A stretch of 64,000 bases of DNA from an uncultured Thiomicrospira sp. (GCA_965195345.1 OZ239628.1:640001-704000); one strand, 5' to 3'. Positions 20,091 through 31,360 are shown, counted from the stretch's first letter. The notes: generated by a model from the sequence alone, not told the origin. A program made the numbers and translations.

Positions 20091-21901
20091 TGCTTTTTGA
20101 AATTATTGATAAATCGATAGAAACTCAACAAATTCCTAAATTGGCGGGTGTCTACCAATTTTTAGATGAAAATAAAAAAACGCTTTACGTCGGAAAAGCT
20201 CGGCAACTACGCAATCGAGTACAGTCCTATTTTAGGACGCAATCTCAACCCATCAAAACATTAGCACTGATGCGTGCCGCACGCTCAATACAGATCACAG
20301 TGACGCATAATGAAGATGAAGCGCTTATTCTCGAAAATAATTTGATAAAAGAGCATCACCCACGATACAACATTTTATTTCGTGATGATAAATCGTATCC
20401 GTACATTTTTTTATCAAGTCATCCTTTTCCAAAACTGGGTTTTTATCGAGGATCACAAAAGGAAAAAGGTGAGTATTTTGGACCTTTCCCAAACACTGGC
20501 GCAGTGCATAAAAGTTTGCGTTTGATTCAAAAAATATTCCCGATTAGACAGTGCGAAGATAGTGTTTTTTCTAACCGTACTCGTGCATGTTTACAGTATC
20601 AAATAAAAAGGTGCAGTGGTCCTTGCGTTGGTCATATTAGTGCAGAAGAATATAATCAGGATGTGATGCATACCAGTGCATTTTTTCGAGGTGAAGAGCA
20701 AAATATAACCACTCACCTTCAAGAGCAGATGCGCCAAGCCAGCGAAATGCTTGAGTTTGAAAAAGCAGCGAGACTACGTGATCAAATTATCACTTTACGC
20801 CAGGTGCAGGACACGCAATCCGTTGAAGGAGCAAACACAAAAGTAAACCTCGATGTGGTGGTATTGGTGCAACAATCAGCACTGAGCATGGTGTACCTAT
20901 CTTTTGTTAGACATGGAAAGTATTTAGGAGGGAAGCACATCGTTGCAAAGCATAGTGAGTTCTCGAATGAGTCAGAAATTCTTGCTCAATTTCTAATGCA
21001 ACATTACAACGATAAGCCAGCACCTCAAGAAATAATTACCTCGCATCTAGTAAAAAATAAAAACGCAATAGAATCAGTGCTAAGTAGGCAAGGATCAACA
21101 CGCATAAAATCGCAAGTGCGCTCTGATAGAGCTCGATGGTTAAAACTTGCGCAAGACAATGCTGAACTTTCGATGAAACAAATGCTTCAAGAACAACAAG
21201 GGAGTGATGATAGATTAGACAAATTAACGTCAATCTTAAAAATGCCAGAGCGACCAAAACGCATTGAGTGTTTTGATGTTAGTCATACTCAAGGTGATTT
21301 CACACGTGCTTCTTGTGTTGTTTTTGAAAACGCTCGTCCACATACTGCAGATTACCGTCAATTTAAAATTGAAGGTCTGCAAAAAGGAGATGATTACGCT
21401 GCCATGAAGCAGGTTTTAGAACGACGTTATGCGCGTCTGTTGAAAGAAGATGCTGTTATGCCTGATTTAATCGTGATCGATGGTGGTAAAGGACAAGTAA
21501 ATATTGCAAAAAGCGTTATGGAAGAATTTGGATTACAAAACATATTATTATTGGGTATTTCCAAAGGAAAAGCCAGAAAATCGGGGGATGAAAAGTTTGT
21601 ACTTGCGTGGTCTAATGAAGAATTAGACATTGAACCGTTCTCACCAGCCTTTCATTTATTGCAACACATCCGCGACGAAGCACATCGTTTTGCTATTACT
21701 GGGCATCGTAAAAAGAGGCAGCAAGCAATGAAGGACTCTAAGCTGGAGCAAATTCCAGGAGTTGGTGCAAAAACAAGACAGAAAATTGTTGCCCACTTTG
21801 GAGGTGTAAAGGCGGTTGAGAATTCATCAGTCAGTGAATTAAAGAAAGTATCAGGAATCAGCAAAAATATCGCACAAAAGATTTATGACTTCTTTCATTA
21901 A
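20090..21901 (+). CDS. uvrC: Excinuclease ABC subunit C
   Basis: GIY-YIG (GVY..YVGKA..LRNRVQSYF), Cys cluster, FEKAARLRD, RIECFDVSH, DGGKGQ, RDEAHRFA, HhH IPGVG. Confidence 0.97.
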   Translation: MLFEIIDKSIETQQIPKLAGVYQFLDENKKTLYVGKARQLRNRVQSYFRTQSQPIKTLALMRAARSIQITVTHNEDEALILENNLIKEHHPRYNILFRDDKSYPYIFLSSHPFPKLGFYRGSQKEKGEYFGPFPNTGAVHKSLRLIQKIFPIRQCEDSVFSNRTRACLQYQIKRCSGPCVGHISAEEYNQDVMHTSAFFRGEEQNITTHLQEQMRQASEMLEFEKAARLRDQIITLRQVQDTQSVEGANTKVNLDVVVLVQQSALSMVYLSFVRHGKYLGGKHIVAKHSEFSNESEILAQFLMQHYNDKPAPQEIITSHLVKNKNAIESVLSRQGSTRIKSQVRSDRARWLKLAQDNAELSMKQMLQEQQGSDDRLDKLTSILKMPERPKRIECFDVSHTQGDFTRASCVVFENARPHTADYRQFKIEGLQKGDDYAAMKQVLERRYARLLKEDAVMPDLIVIDGGKGQVNIAKSVMEEFGLQNILLLGISKGKARKSGDEKFVLAWSNEELDIEPFSPAFHLLQHIRDEAHRFAITGHRKKRQQAMKDSKLEQIPGVGAKTRQKIVAHFGGVKAVENSSVSELKKVSGISKNIAQKIYDFFH

Positions 21902-21940
21902 AATTCATTGGCGTTTTAATGACGCGCAAGCAAGTTCAAA

Positions 21941-22159
21941 TTATTCTTTATCTTCTGAAGTTTCGCTAGGATTGTCAAGACGCTTTCTCAATGCCTTTTC
22001 AACTTCATCAAGGCGATCCTTACAGGTAGCATAAGCCTTCGTGGCTTGTTCAACCATAGGGATTAACTCATCCACATCCACCATCTCATCACTTTGCAAT
22101 TTATTGGCAATGTTCTCAAGTATCTGATAGTTTTCTTTATAGGATTGCTTTTCACTCAT
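21941..22159 (-). CDS. xseB: Exodeoxyribonuclease VII small subunit (divergent)
   Basis: 72-aa helical protein with SY....LE.I...L....D.DE.......A...C..RL..VE pattern. Confidence 0.7.
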   Translation of the reverse strand: MSEKQSYKENYQILENIANKLQSDEMVDVDELIPMVEQATKAYATCKDRLDEVEKALRKRLDNPSETSEDKE

Positions 22160-22579
22160 GTGGCAATATTATATGCGACTCCTTCCGACTTATAAATAAT
22201 TCGAGTCAACTTAATTAAGATATTACAAGCAAGTTGTATTGAAAGTTCTGAAGGGCTGTATCGTTTGGCTTGATGAGTGCAGAGGTTATTTTTCGGTCAA
22301 AACAAGAATGTCTTGTTTAAAATGTATCGTGCTTGCTGATTGTTGCTAAAAACGGAGTTGTTGATTGTTGTATTGGGTAAAATATAGATGTATAAAATTT
22401 CATTTTTCAATTATTTTTTAGTGTTTAAGAAACAAGATACTAGTTGTTAATTAGAATTCATTAGATGATGATTTTATAAGGTTACTTATTTAACTGAAAT
22501 TGCCTCACACTACAACCTTACGCTTGTAATTTTGTTTGATAATGTCTCATGTCGAGAGGATAACGCAATTTACTAATCA

Positions 22580-23881
22580 ATGTCGATGGAAAAATCAATG
22601 AATATAGATATGAACAATAAAAGCCATTCAATATGTGTTTTGGGGTTGGGTTATGTGGGACTGCCATTGGCTGTTAGCTTTGCTGAAGCAGGTTATACGG
22701 TCTATGGACTTGATGTAAATGAAAAAAGGCTTGCTGAATTAAAGAATAACATTGATAGAACAGAAGAAATAACTTCGGTAAGACTTGAAAAAGTTAGTCA
22801 AAAAATACACTATGTTGGCGCAATTAAGGCGGGTGCATGCAGAATATATATAGTGACTGTTCCAACTCCAGTAGATATCAATAACGAACCCAATCTACAA
22901 CCTCTAGAAAAAGCATCCAAGATGATTGGAGAAACTTTAAGGCGAGGAGATTTGGTTATTTATGAGTCCACAGTATACCCAGGTGTCACTGAAGACTTTT
23001 GTGTGCCAATATTAGAGAAAGAATCAAATTTGACTTTTAATGAAGATTTTTTTATTGGTTATTCGCCAGAAAGAATGAACCCCGGAGACAAGGAACGCTC
23101 GCTTGAGAAAATTACAAAGGTAACGTCAGGATCAACGCCTGAAACGGCTCAAATAGTTGATGATTTGTACCGAAAAATTATCAAAGCGGGTACTGTGAAA
23201 GCTTCGAGCATCAAAGTAGCAGAAACGGCTAAAGTAATTGAAAACACGCAACGGGATGTCAATATCGCGTTGATGAATGAATTGGCAATGATATGCCATC
23301 AAATGAACGTCGATGTAAGTGAAGTCATTGACGCAGCCGCAAGTAAGTGGAATTTCATGAAGTTTACGCCTGGTCTGGTAGGTGGGCATTGTATCGGTGT
23401 GGATCCTTACTATTTAACTTTCAAAGCTCAAAATCTTGGCTATCAACCTAACCTTATCTTAGCGGCACGCCAAATTAATAGCCGCATGGGGAAATACATA
23501 GCTGAGAAAACCATTCAAGAAATGATAAAAGCAGGACATGCTATAAAGGGGAGTAAATGCTTGATTATGGGTTTGACATTTAAAGAAAATTGTCCTGACT
23601 TACGTAATTCTCGGGTATTTGACATAATCCAAACGATGCAGGAATATGGCGTGGATGTGGTCGCATATGACCCTTGGGTTGATTTTACCGAAGAGCAGTT
23701 GAATCTAAACTACACACAAGATCCTCTTCAAGAGAAACAAAAATATCATAGCGTCATCGTTGCAGTTGGGCATGATGTTTTCAAAGGTTACTCCGATAAG
23801 GATTATGAAAAAATCAGTTTACAAAATCCAATAGTAATAGATGTAAAAAATATCGTTGCCAATCCGACATGGCGACTTTAG
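22580..23881 (+). CDS. UDP-N-acetylhexosamine 6-dehydrogenase (WbpO/TviB family)
   Basis: GLGYVGLPLA, VPTP, YESTVYPG, YSPER.NPGD, KVIENTQRDVNIA, GGHCIGVDPYYL, TFKENCPDLRNS. Confidence 0.92.
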   Translation: MSMEKSMNIDMNNKSHSICVLGLGYVGLPLAVSFAEAGYTVYGLDVNEKRLAELKNNIDRTEEITSVRLEKVSQKIHYVGAIKAGACRIYIVTVPTPVDINNEPNLQPLEKASKMIGETLRRGDLVIYESTVYPGVTEDFCVPILEKESNLTFNEDFFIGYSPERMNPGDKERSLEKITKVTSGSTPETAQIVDDLYRKIIKAGTVKASSIKVAETAKVIENTQRDVNIALMNELAMICHQMNVDVSEVIDAAASKWNFMKFTPGLVGGHCIGVDPYYLTFKAQNLGYQPNLILAARQINSRMGKYIAEKTIQEMIKAGHAIKGSKCLIMGLTFKENCPDLRNSRVFDIIQTMQEYGVDVVAYDPWVDFTEEQLNLNYTQDPLQEKQKYHSVIVAVGHDVFKGYSDKDYEKISLQNPIVIDVKNIVANPTWRL

Positions 23882-24066
23882 TCTATGCGTTTCTCTAACG
23901 CAAGTGTGCTGAAAAAAATATGCTATTTAAGAACTATAGGGCTTGCCGTTAAGTTGGTTTAAATGGATTTGACGGTATCAACTTTAGACTAAAGATATTA
24001 TAAATTCTTTTTTTCTATCATTATCTTCATAAATTAGGCTTTATCATAGAGTATTCTTTTATGAAG

Positions 24067-25137
24067 TTAGTGCTTGTTCCACGTGTCAAGATACTGTTTG
24101 GCTACTTTAATGTGACCATGAACATTTTCTGCAAATAAACGGCTTTGGTATCCCATTTCTTGAATTTCTGATCTTTTTTCAAGTAACTTTTCGACTTCTT
24201 TTACTATACTTGCTGCATTGGGTTGAAGATTAATCACTGGAGAAGAGTTGATTTTAAGACTTTGAAAAGCCTCTGGTTCCGCACCTCCCATAACAATTTT
24301 TCCCATTGCGAGAGCATATACCCCGTTCATACCCGTTGAGTAACCATACATTTGATCGACCACCACATTGGTTTTTTTCATAATTTCAAGGTATTCTTTT
24401 AACGGTAATTGCCCGTCAGTAATGAGTTCTAAATCGTTAGGATATTTTTTCTTAAGAGCCGCAAAGGCTTCTTCAACATGGCGCGTTCCTTTAGATCCAT
24501 AGCGATTCAGACCGTGAAAGATGGTTATTTTTTTTCCACATATATTATCGGTATATTCAATTTTTTCAATATTAATGGGAAAAGGAATTGTCTCTAATCT
24601 TTTAGGACAATTGAGGTAGCTTACTTCATACTCATATACAGTAGGAATGATACCGTTAGACTTTTCAAGCAATCTCTTATTAAATGAAAATGCAGCAGGG
24701 CTGTTCATGTAATAGTAAGGGGATTTATTGTCGTATTTTAAAAAATCTTCAATGTGACAGTACCGCACCATTTTTCTTCCATATTTCCAGTAATAAGCGT
24801 CGTCACCCGCTCCTAAAAGGAAAAATTTATTATTATTTTTAATGATGTTGTCATAGAAAAGACGATTCAAGGAAAAATAATGTCCGTAAATAACAAAAGG
24901 ATTAATCAATTGAACGACATCAAAATTCTTCAATTTTGGAAGTGACAAAAAAGGTTTTAATTTTCTATCTAACACCCCCAAAAAAGAAGGGAAGGATGAG
25001 CCGAAACTAATATCTGTTGTAATCTTTTTATAGCCATCTGAAGTGCCTGCTATAACTGCATAATGACCTAAAGATTGCAGCCCTTCTTTTAAATTTTTAT
25101 GAAGGGCGCTAAACTCGCCCAATAATAAAATCTTCAT
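24067..25137 (-). CDS. Glycosyltransferase (GT-B fold)
   Basis: MKILLLGEFS..H..LKEGL, SKGT, VVVDQMYGYSTGMNG..ALAMGK; last gene of sugar cluster. Confidence 0.75.
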   Translation of the reverse strand: MKILLLGEFSALHKNLKEGLQSLGHYAVIAGTSDGYKKITTDISFGSSFPSFLGVLDRKLKPFLSLPKLKNFDVVQLINPFVIYGHYFSLNRLFYDNIIKNNNKFFLLGAGDDAYYWKYGRKMVRYCHIEDFLKYDNKSPYYYMNSPAAFSFNKRLLEKSNGIIPTVYEYEVSYLNCPKRLETIPFPINIEKIEYTDNICGKKITIFHGLNRYGSKGTRHVEEAFAALKKKYPNDLELITDGQLPLKEYLEIMKKTNVVVDQMYGYSTGMNGVYALAMGKIVMGGAEPEAFQSLKINSSPVINLQPNAASIVKEVEKLLEKRSEIQEMGYQSRLFAENVHGHIKVAKQYLDTWNKH

Positions 25138-25180
25138 ATAACGATTGCTGATATAAGTTTTAAGCTACAGCAAAAAATCA

Positions 25181-26425
25181 TTAAATCCAATGCTTTCGAG
25201 TTACGAAGATCATTGTAATTAAGTACATGAAATAGTTTAATGCAAAAGCATAAGTTATTCCAATTAGTCCATGGCTGTTTATGAAAATAAATCCAAGCAT
25301 AACGAAATTAATGCTAAAAATTATTTCTGTAACAATGAATACTTTTGCCATTGCCTTTGCTATCATCAAATAAGACAATAAAAACGCAGAAATTTTTATA
25401 ACGTCACCTATGAGCTGCCATAAAAAAAGTTCTTTAATTGGTAGAAATTCTTCTGTGAATAAAAGTATTATAATGTAATCTTTCAGCATATAAATCATAA
25501 TCGATAGAATGGCTACTAAGGGCAGTAAAATCTGGTAGCCTTTCAACAGCTCTTGTCGCAATTCTGCTTTATTTGTTATCTCAGATAGCCTTGGCAAGTA
25601 ATAAATACTGATCGTAGAAACTATAACCAACAGATACATTGAAGAGATATGCCAGATGGCTTGCCAATATCCTGCTTGATTCCAATCCAAAGAACCGCCA
25701 ATATGGTTGCGTAATAAAAGCTGAGAGATAGGGGCTGCAATCGCTGAAACTAGAGCCATTAAGGCAAATTTTGCTAGCTTCTTAGCCTCAGGTGAGTCAA
25801 ACCTCTTGCGAAAATTCGATAACGTTATGATTGGATGTTTTCTAAGCATCCATAAGACTATCAAGAAAATAATTGATTGGTTGGTTGCTAATGCAAGTAA
25901 AGCGCCGTCCAAGCCGAACCAAACAATTAATGAAGTAGTGAATATTAGTCCATAGGCACTTTGAACGATGCTAATTTTGACCCAGGTTTTGACTTCTTTT
26001 AAACCATTGATTATTGCAAGTAAAAAACTGTTTATCGCAAATAAGACAACCGTGAATCCGAATACTACAAATATGTATTGATACTCTTCATTTTTCAAAA
26101 AACGAATGGAGGCTTCATTTGAAAAAGTAACTACCACTATCCCAACAAAAAAAGAAGCACTTAAAATAATTTTGCTGGCGGTGCTAAAAAGTAATGGAAT
26201 ATGGTCGCTTTCTTTACCATATTCAGCCGTGTATTTCGTCACCCCGCTGTTAATTGCACCTTGAGCCATCGTCATAACTAATTCCATGAAATTTTGAAAT
26301 TGGCCGATAAGCGCAAGACCTGAGGGTCCGATATAAATTGAAATTGCCTTATTAATAGCCAAGCCAGTCACCATTTTGATCGCTGTTGCAATAAAGCTTA
26401 AAAAAGATGTTTTAACGAGTGTCAC
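25181..26425 (-). CDS. wzx: O-antigen/oligosaccharide flippase (WzxE-like)
   Basis: Polytopic membrane protein, GPSGLALIGQFQN, GVTKYTAE, YYLPRLS, QLIGDVIK. Confidence 0.9.
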   Translation of the reverse strand: MTLVKTSFLSFIATAIKMVTGLAINKAISIYIGPSGLALIGQFQNFMELVMTMAQGAINSGVTKYTAEYGKESDHIPLLFSTASKIILSASFFVGIVVVTFSNEASIRFLKNEEYQYIFVVFGFTVVLFAINSFLLAIINGLKEVKTWVKISIVQSAYGLIFTTSLIVWFGLDGALLALATNQSIIFLIVLWMLRKHPIITLSNFRKRFDSPEAKKLAKFALMALVSAIAAPISQLLLRNHIGGSLDWNQAGYWQAIWHISSMYLLVIVSTISIYYLPRLSEITNKAELRQELLKGYQILLPLVAILSIMIYMLKDYIIILLFTEEFLPIKELFLWQLIGDVIKISAFLLSYLMIAKAMAKVFIVTEIIFSINFVMLGFIFINSHGLIGITYAFALNYFMYLITMIFVTRKHWI

Positions 26426-27544
26426 TTAAAATTCGTTGATGACTGTAATAACCTTTGATATCTCTTGGTCATTCATTACAGGGCTAATTGGTAAGCTTAG
26501 TATTTCTCTATGGATTTTTTCGGTTAAGGGGTAGCAAGTTGCATCAAGTAATGTCTCGTAGGCTTTTTGCTGATGCGGTGCTATAGGATAATGGATGAGT
26601 GTTTGAATGCCTTGGGATTCTAAATATAATTGCAATTTTTCGCGCTCTTTAACTCGAATAGGATACACGTGAAAAACGTGGTGTGAAAGATTTTCAATTT
26701 CTGATGTCGAAGCTTTAATAGGGACGATTATTTTAGGATTACTAATACCCTTTGTATATGCAATTGCAATTTTTTGGCGACGTTCTATTTCACCATTGAG
26801 GTACTTTAGCTTTACGCGTAAAAAAGCAGCTTGCATTTCATCTAACCGACTATTAGTTCCTTGATAAATATTTTCATATTTTTTGTGGCTGCCATAATTC
26901 CCTAATGCACGAATTATTTGTGCCAATTCGCTGTGATTGGTGGTTACTGCCCCAGCATCTCCAAGTGCACCTAAATTTTTACTGGGGAAGAAACTAAACC
27001 CCGATGCATCTCCCCAGTTTCCTGCTTTACATCCATCTATATTCGCGCCATGGGCTTGCGCAGAGTCCTCAATTACTAAAAGGTTATGCTCTTTTGCAAT
27101 CGCTATAATACGAGGCATATCTGCGAGTTGTCCGTATAAATGAACGGCTAAAATGGCTTTTGTTTTAGAAGTGATTGCTTTTTCTAATAAAGTTGATGAT
27201 AGGTTATAAGTTTGCTCGTCTGGTTCAACTAAAATTGGTTTTAGTCGGTTTTCGGTAATCGCCAAGATACTTGCAATATAGGTGTTTGCAGGAACAATGA
27301 CTTCATCTTCTTCTTTAAGCACACCCAGTTCCTTATATGCTCGAAGAATTAAAGTGAGTGCATCCAGTCCATTAGCTACACCAACACAATGTTGCGTTTC
27401 ACAAAAAGAGGCAAATTCTCTTTCAAATAATGCCAATTGCTGTCCTCGAATATACCAACCTGAGTCAATTACAGAAAGAGCCGCTTGTGCCAACTCGCTG
27501 CGGTACTGAGAATTAAGTGCTTTTAAATCTAAGTATGAAATCAT
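26426..27544 (-). CDS. fdtB: dTDP-3-amino-3,6-dideoxyhexose transaminase (FdtB/QdtB, DegT family)
   Basis: [27 protein letters not shown] lysine in [23 protein letters not shown]; clustered with fdtA. Confidence 0.85.
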   Translation of the reverse strand: MISYLDLKALNSQYRSELAQAALSVIDSGWYIRGQQLALFEREFASFCETQHCVGVANGLDALTLILRAYKELGVLKEEDEVIVPANTYIASILAITENRLKPILVEPDEQTYNLSSTLLEKAITSKTKAILAVHLYGQLADMPRIIAIAKEHNLLVIEDSAQAHGANIDGCKAGNWGDASGFSFFPSKNLGALGDAGAVTTNHSELAQIIRALGNYGSHKKYENIYQGTNSRLDEMQAAFLRVKLKYLNGEIERRQKIAIAYTKGISNPKIIVPIKASTSEIENLSHHVFHVYPIRVKEREKLQLYLESQGIQTLIHYPIAPHQQKAYETLLDATCYPLTEKIHREILSLPISPVMNDQEISKVITVINEF

Positions 27545-28488
27545 TGTATTTTTATTTCATAAAAATCATGAACGTATGCTCGAGCACCAAAACCTTCTTT
27601 CTGACTAATTAAACCAGTATTTAAGTAACGTCCTTCTTGCTCGTTTGAAATGCCAAAATCAAAATAGTCTTTTTCTTTATACTCTTTTTTCAGAAGATGA
27701 TCAAATAATAAATCTAATGCACCTAAATCACGTCCTTCAAGGCTACTAGCTATATATTGCGCATGTGCAACCTCATCGGTTTCATAGATAACAATACCCG
27801 CAAGTACTTTTCCACCATCTTGTGAGTGTGTAGTAAAACATTTTATGTTTTTTGGGAATTTTGATTTTAGAGTTTCTATTTCACAAAGACTGTGTACAGG
27901 TTTTATGCCATGTTGCTCCTGTAAAACGTCTATTAATAAAGTCCAAAAGCTTGTCAAATCATCACTTTGTTGGACGATTATTTTTTCTTTTAATGCTTTT
28001 TGAATTTTTCTTTTTCGTAGTTTTTTATACGTCAGAGGAACTGTTTGCTTAATCGTAGTGCTGACATCTCTCCTGAATAATACAGCATTTAATAGAAACA
28101 GAGCATACAAATCTTCTTGAGCAGGATAGCGTGTGTAAAAATCAGGCAATCTCTTATAGACAAATTTTTTAATGCCACCCTTTCTTAAGAATTCAATAAG
28201 GTTAAGAAAAATTTGATGTACTAAGTCCGTTGTCGTTTCATTTGAAACAACTAATCCACCAAAAGTTAATCCTTGGTGGCTATGCACCACATTGTCAGTT
28301 ATATTTGCAGGCAAAATGGCAATTAATGTGTTTTTTTGGTCATAGAACATTAACGAAAAGTCTTCAAATCGGTCACTATGGTATTCGATATAATCACGAT
28401 TGAACATAAAGTGACCGTTTCTTGCCTCCTGTACAAAAAAATTCCAGTCTTGAAAATTAATTTTTGAATATTTATGTATATTTATCAT
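27541..28488 (-). CDS. FemAB-like double-GNAT acyltransferase
   Basis: [38 protein letters not shown]....[14 protein letters not shown]. Confidence 0.7.
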   Translation of the reverse strand: MINIHKYSKINFQDWNFFVQEARNGHFMFNRDYIEYHSDRFEDFSLMFYDQKNTLIAILPANITDNVVHSHQGLTFGGLVVSNETTTDLVHQIFLNLIEFLRKGGIKKFVYKRLPDFYTRYPAQEDLYALFLLNAVLFRRDVSTTIKQTVPLTYKKLRKRKIQKALKEKIIVQQSDDLTSFWTLLIDVLQEQHGIKPVHSLCEIETLKSKFPKNIKCFTTHSQDGGKVLAGIVIYETDEVAHAQYIASSLEGRDLGALDLLFDHLLKKEYKEKDYFDFGISNEQEGRYLNTGLISQKEGFGARAYVHDFYEIKIQ

Positions 28489-28492
28489 ATTG

Positions 28493-29410
28493 TCAAACTA
28501 ATTCCGCATATCCGAAACCTGTTTCACCATTATTATTCCCGTTATAAAACATAAATGTTTTACCATTAACCTCAATAATGGACGGGTAGCAAATCATTTC
28601 TGAATCCCAGCCAGTTTCTGATACATCAAATGGCTCTGAAAAATCTCTATCCCACGAATAGCCATCATCAGAAACTGCATAATTAATTCGATACATTTTG
28701 TCTTTATATCTGGTAGAAAAATACATGTGGTATTTTCCGTTCCTTTTAAAAACCCATGGTCTGGCCACAGCAAACTCGCCCATATCTTCTCTTGGTTCAA
28801 GGCAACAGATATTATTTTTCATATCCCAAGATAAACCATCTGTGGATTCCGCATAACCAATATGATAATCCATGAAATACTTGCCTTCAACTTTTATCCA
28901 TTTGGTCGAATACCAGTGCCACATTTTATAAACGCCATTCTCAAAAATAACACAGGGAGCTCCTTGAGAAACAGCCCGTCCTTTGATTCTTGGCAAAATT
29001 GGAGCATCACCGTATCTTTGAAATTCCCCTAAATCTTTGCTAATGGCCAGTCCTGCAAACAACATATAAGGTGTTCGAAATGTTCTCTGAAATCCTACTG
29101 TGTAGAGATAATAAGAGTTTTTCATTTTAACTATGCAAGAAGGGACAACTCCACAGTCATCAAAAAGGCCTGCTTTTCCAATATCCAGAACAAACTTGTC
29201 ATATTCAGACCTAATATGTTTTGGATTATTAGCATCCACATCAATGTATGAGATTCTTCCAAAATTATCATTATCAGTGGTGCCAAAAAAAATTCGGATT
29301 ATCTGTTGTTGCTCAATAAAAATAGGTGTAGGTAAAATTGCATATTTTTGATTCCAAAACTTAGTCTTCGAAGGGGCATATATAAGTCCTTTTTTCTTCC
29401 ATTTCATCAT
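28493..29410 (-). CDS. Five-bladed beta-propeller protein (GH32/43/130-like)
   Basis: Repeated blades: FDDCGV.P, IGYAESTDGLSW, INYAVSDDGYSW, WDSEMICYP, MFYNGN...TGFGYA. Confidence 0.65.
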   Translation of the reverse strand: MMKWKKKGLIYAPSKTKFWNQKYAILPTPIFIEQQQIIRIFFGTTDNDNFGRISYIDVDANNPKHIRSEYDKFVLDIGKAGLFDDCGVVPSCIVKMKNSYYLYTVGFQRTFRTPYMLFAGLAISKDLGEFQRYGDAPILPRIKGRAVSQGAPCVIFENGVYKMWHWYSTKWIKVEGKYFMDYHIGYAESTDGLSWDMKNNICCLEPREDMGEFAVARPWVFKRNGKYHMYFSTRYKDKMYRINYAVSDDGYSWDRDFSEPFDVSETGWDSEMICYPSIIEVNGKTFMFYNGNNNGETGFGYAELV

Positions 29411-30084
29411 TTTTTAATCCTGAATAATTTATGGGTGTCAACTCTTGATAAGTCGGTCTGTTTTTCTTGGAAAAAGCTTTTTTCTTCAGTATTTTTTTGA
29501 ATCAAAGCGTGTGCGCCTATAAAATTATCTTGGGCAATTTGGACTTGATCTTCTACTGTGCAATTTACGCCCAAAAAACATGATTTTCCTATGACACAAA
29601 AGCCTGAGATCACGCAATGGGAAGAAATGAAGCAGTGATCTTCAATGATACTGCGGTGACCTACATGGTTGCCGCTCCAGAGCACTACGTTATTCCTGAT
29701 TTTAACAAAAGGTTGTATAGTATTGTCTTCAAGAATAAAGCAGTTTTCCCCTATTTCAACATTATTCCATATGAATGCTCGTGAGCTGATGTATGTTGCA
29801 AACGAATACCCGCTTTCCTTCAGCTGAAGATAAAGATGAGTTCTGTTGCGATTCAACTTGCCTGAGCTTATCGCAACAAATAAGATAAAATCTTTGGGAG
29901 GAAAATGCTTTTCTATTTCTTCAATTGGGACCACAGGAAGAGTAAGTAAAGAGTCCTCAATTATGTGGGAACGATTAACTGTGAAAGCAACGACCTCATA
30001 GTTGGAATCATGCGTAAAGTACTCATAGGCCAACAACGCGGTTTCTCCAGTGCCTACAATGATGAGTTTTTTATTTTTTCCCAT
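29407..30084 (-). CDS. Hexapeptide-repeat sugar acyltransferase (NeuD/PglD-like)
   Basis: N-terminal IIVGTG domain plus left-handed beta-helix repeats (IGENCFI, WSGNHVGH, IGKSCFLG). Confidence 0.85.
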   Translation of the reverse strand: MGKNKKLIIVGTGETALLAYEYFTHDSNYEVVAFTVNRSHIIEDSLLTLPVVPIEEIEKHFPPKDFILFVAISSGKLNRNRTHLYLQLKESGYSFATYISSRAFIWNNVEIGENCFILEDNTIQPFVKIRNNVVLWSGNHVGHRSIIEDHCFISSHCVISGFCVIGKSCFLGVNCTVEDQVQIAQDNFIGAHALIQKNTEEKSFFQEKQTDLSRVDTHKLFRIKK

Positions 30085-30489
30085 TTAAACAATTCCTTTT
30101 ATTTTTAAAAAATCTCGATAATTACGAACATAATCAGACTCATCATAATATTCGCTTGCCAAAGTAAGTAGAATACAGTTTTTTGATAAATCATGCATTT
30201 CATGCCATATTAAATCTTCAATCAATAAACCAGTGGCAGGGTCATTTAAAACAATTTCTTCTCTATGTGTGGCATCATCCAACACAATTCGACAGCTCCC
30301 TGAAATACAAATAATGACTTGTTTTGTTTTCTTGTGGGCATGAAATCCTCTTGGTAGATCAGGAGTTGTATTATAAATATAATAGATTCTTTTGATTTCA
30401 AAGGGAATGTTTTTTGAACTTTCTAATGCAATTAGAGACCCTCTGTCATCTCCTCTGTTATCAAAATAATATTTTTTCACTATGCTCAT
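30085..30489 (-). CDS. fdtA: dTDP-4-keto-6-deoxyglucose 3,4-ketoisomerase (FdtA/QdtA cupin)
   Basis: [38 protein letters not shown]. Confidence 0.92.
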   Translation of the reverse strand: MSIVKKYYFDNRGDDRGSLIALESSKNIPFEIKRIYYIYNTTPDLPRGFHAHKKTKQVIICISGSCRIVLDDATHREEIVLNDPATGLLIEDLIWHEMHDLSKNCILLTLASEYYDESDYVRNYRDFLKIKGIV

Positions 30490-31358
30490 AAATTTTCTTT
30501 GATTAGGCTTTCTAAATACTTCCCATAACTACTTTTTGTTAAAGTGCTCGCTGTCTGTAGGACTTGCTTGTCCGTTATCCAGCCATTACGCCACGCAATT
30601 TCTTCTAAACAGGCTATTTTATAGCCTTGACGTTTTTCAATAGTTTCAACAAACATAGATGCTTCCAGCAAGGATTCATGAGTGCCAGTGTCTAGCCAAG
30701 CAAATCCTCGACCTAATATTTCTACATCCATGTTTCCTTTTGCCAAATACGCCTGATTAATGGAGGTAATCTCCAACTCTCCTCTGCTTGAGGGCTCCAC
30801 TTGCTTTGCTAAACGAATAACTTCATTACCATAGAAATAGAGGCCTGTTATTGCAAAGTGCGATTTTGGAGAAGAAGGTTTCTCTTCAATCGAGAGGGCT
30901 TTTTTATTTTTATCAAATTCCACAATACCAAAATGCTTAGGTTCTTTAACTTGATAAGCAAATACGGTTGCTCTACTTGGCTTATTAGCTGCATTCTGCA
31001 ATTTATCCGTGAACCCTTGTCCCCAGAAAACATTATCACCAAGTATCAAACACACACTATCTTGACCAATAAATTCTTCACCTATTATGAATGCTTGTGC
31101 TAGTCCATCGGGGCTTGGTTGTATGGCGTAGGATAGTTGAACACCAAACTCCGAACCGTTTCCCAGCACACTCTTAAAACTTTCCTGAGCTTCTGGTGTG
31201 GTGATAATTAGAATGTCACGAATACCTGCCAGCATCAGTACGGACAGAGGATAATATATCATGGGTTTGTCGTAAATGGGAACGAGTTGCTTAGATACTC
31301 CTTTGGTTATCGGATAGAGCCTTGAACCCGTCCCTCCTGCTAAAACGATGCCTTTCAT
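30486..31358 (-). CDS. rfbA: Glucose-1-phosphate thymidylyltransferase
   Basis: [46 protein letters not shown]. Confidence 0.97.
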   Translation of the reverse strand: MKGIVLAGGTGSRLYPITKGVSKQLVPIYDKPMIYYPLSVLMLAGIRDILIITTPEAQESFKSVLGNGSEFGVQLSYAIQPSPDGLAQAFIIGEEFIGQDSVCLILGDNVFWGQGFTDKLQNAANKPSRATVFAYQVKEPKHFGIVEFDKNKKALSIEEKPSSPKSHFAITGLYFYGNEVIRLAKQVEPSSRGELEITSINQAYLAKGNMDVEILGRGFAWLDTGTHESLLEASMFVETIEKRQGYKIACLEEIAWRNGWITDKQVLQTASTLTKSSYGKYLESLIKENL

Positions 31359-31360
31359 TT

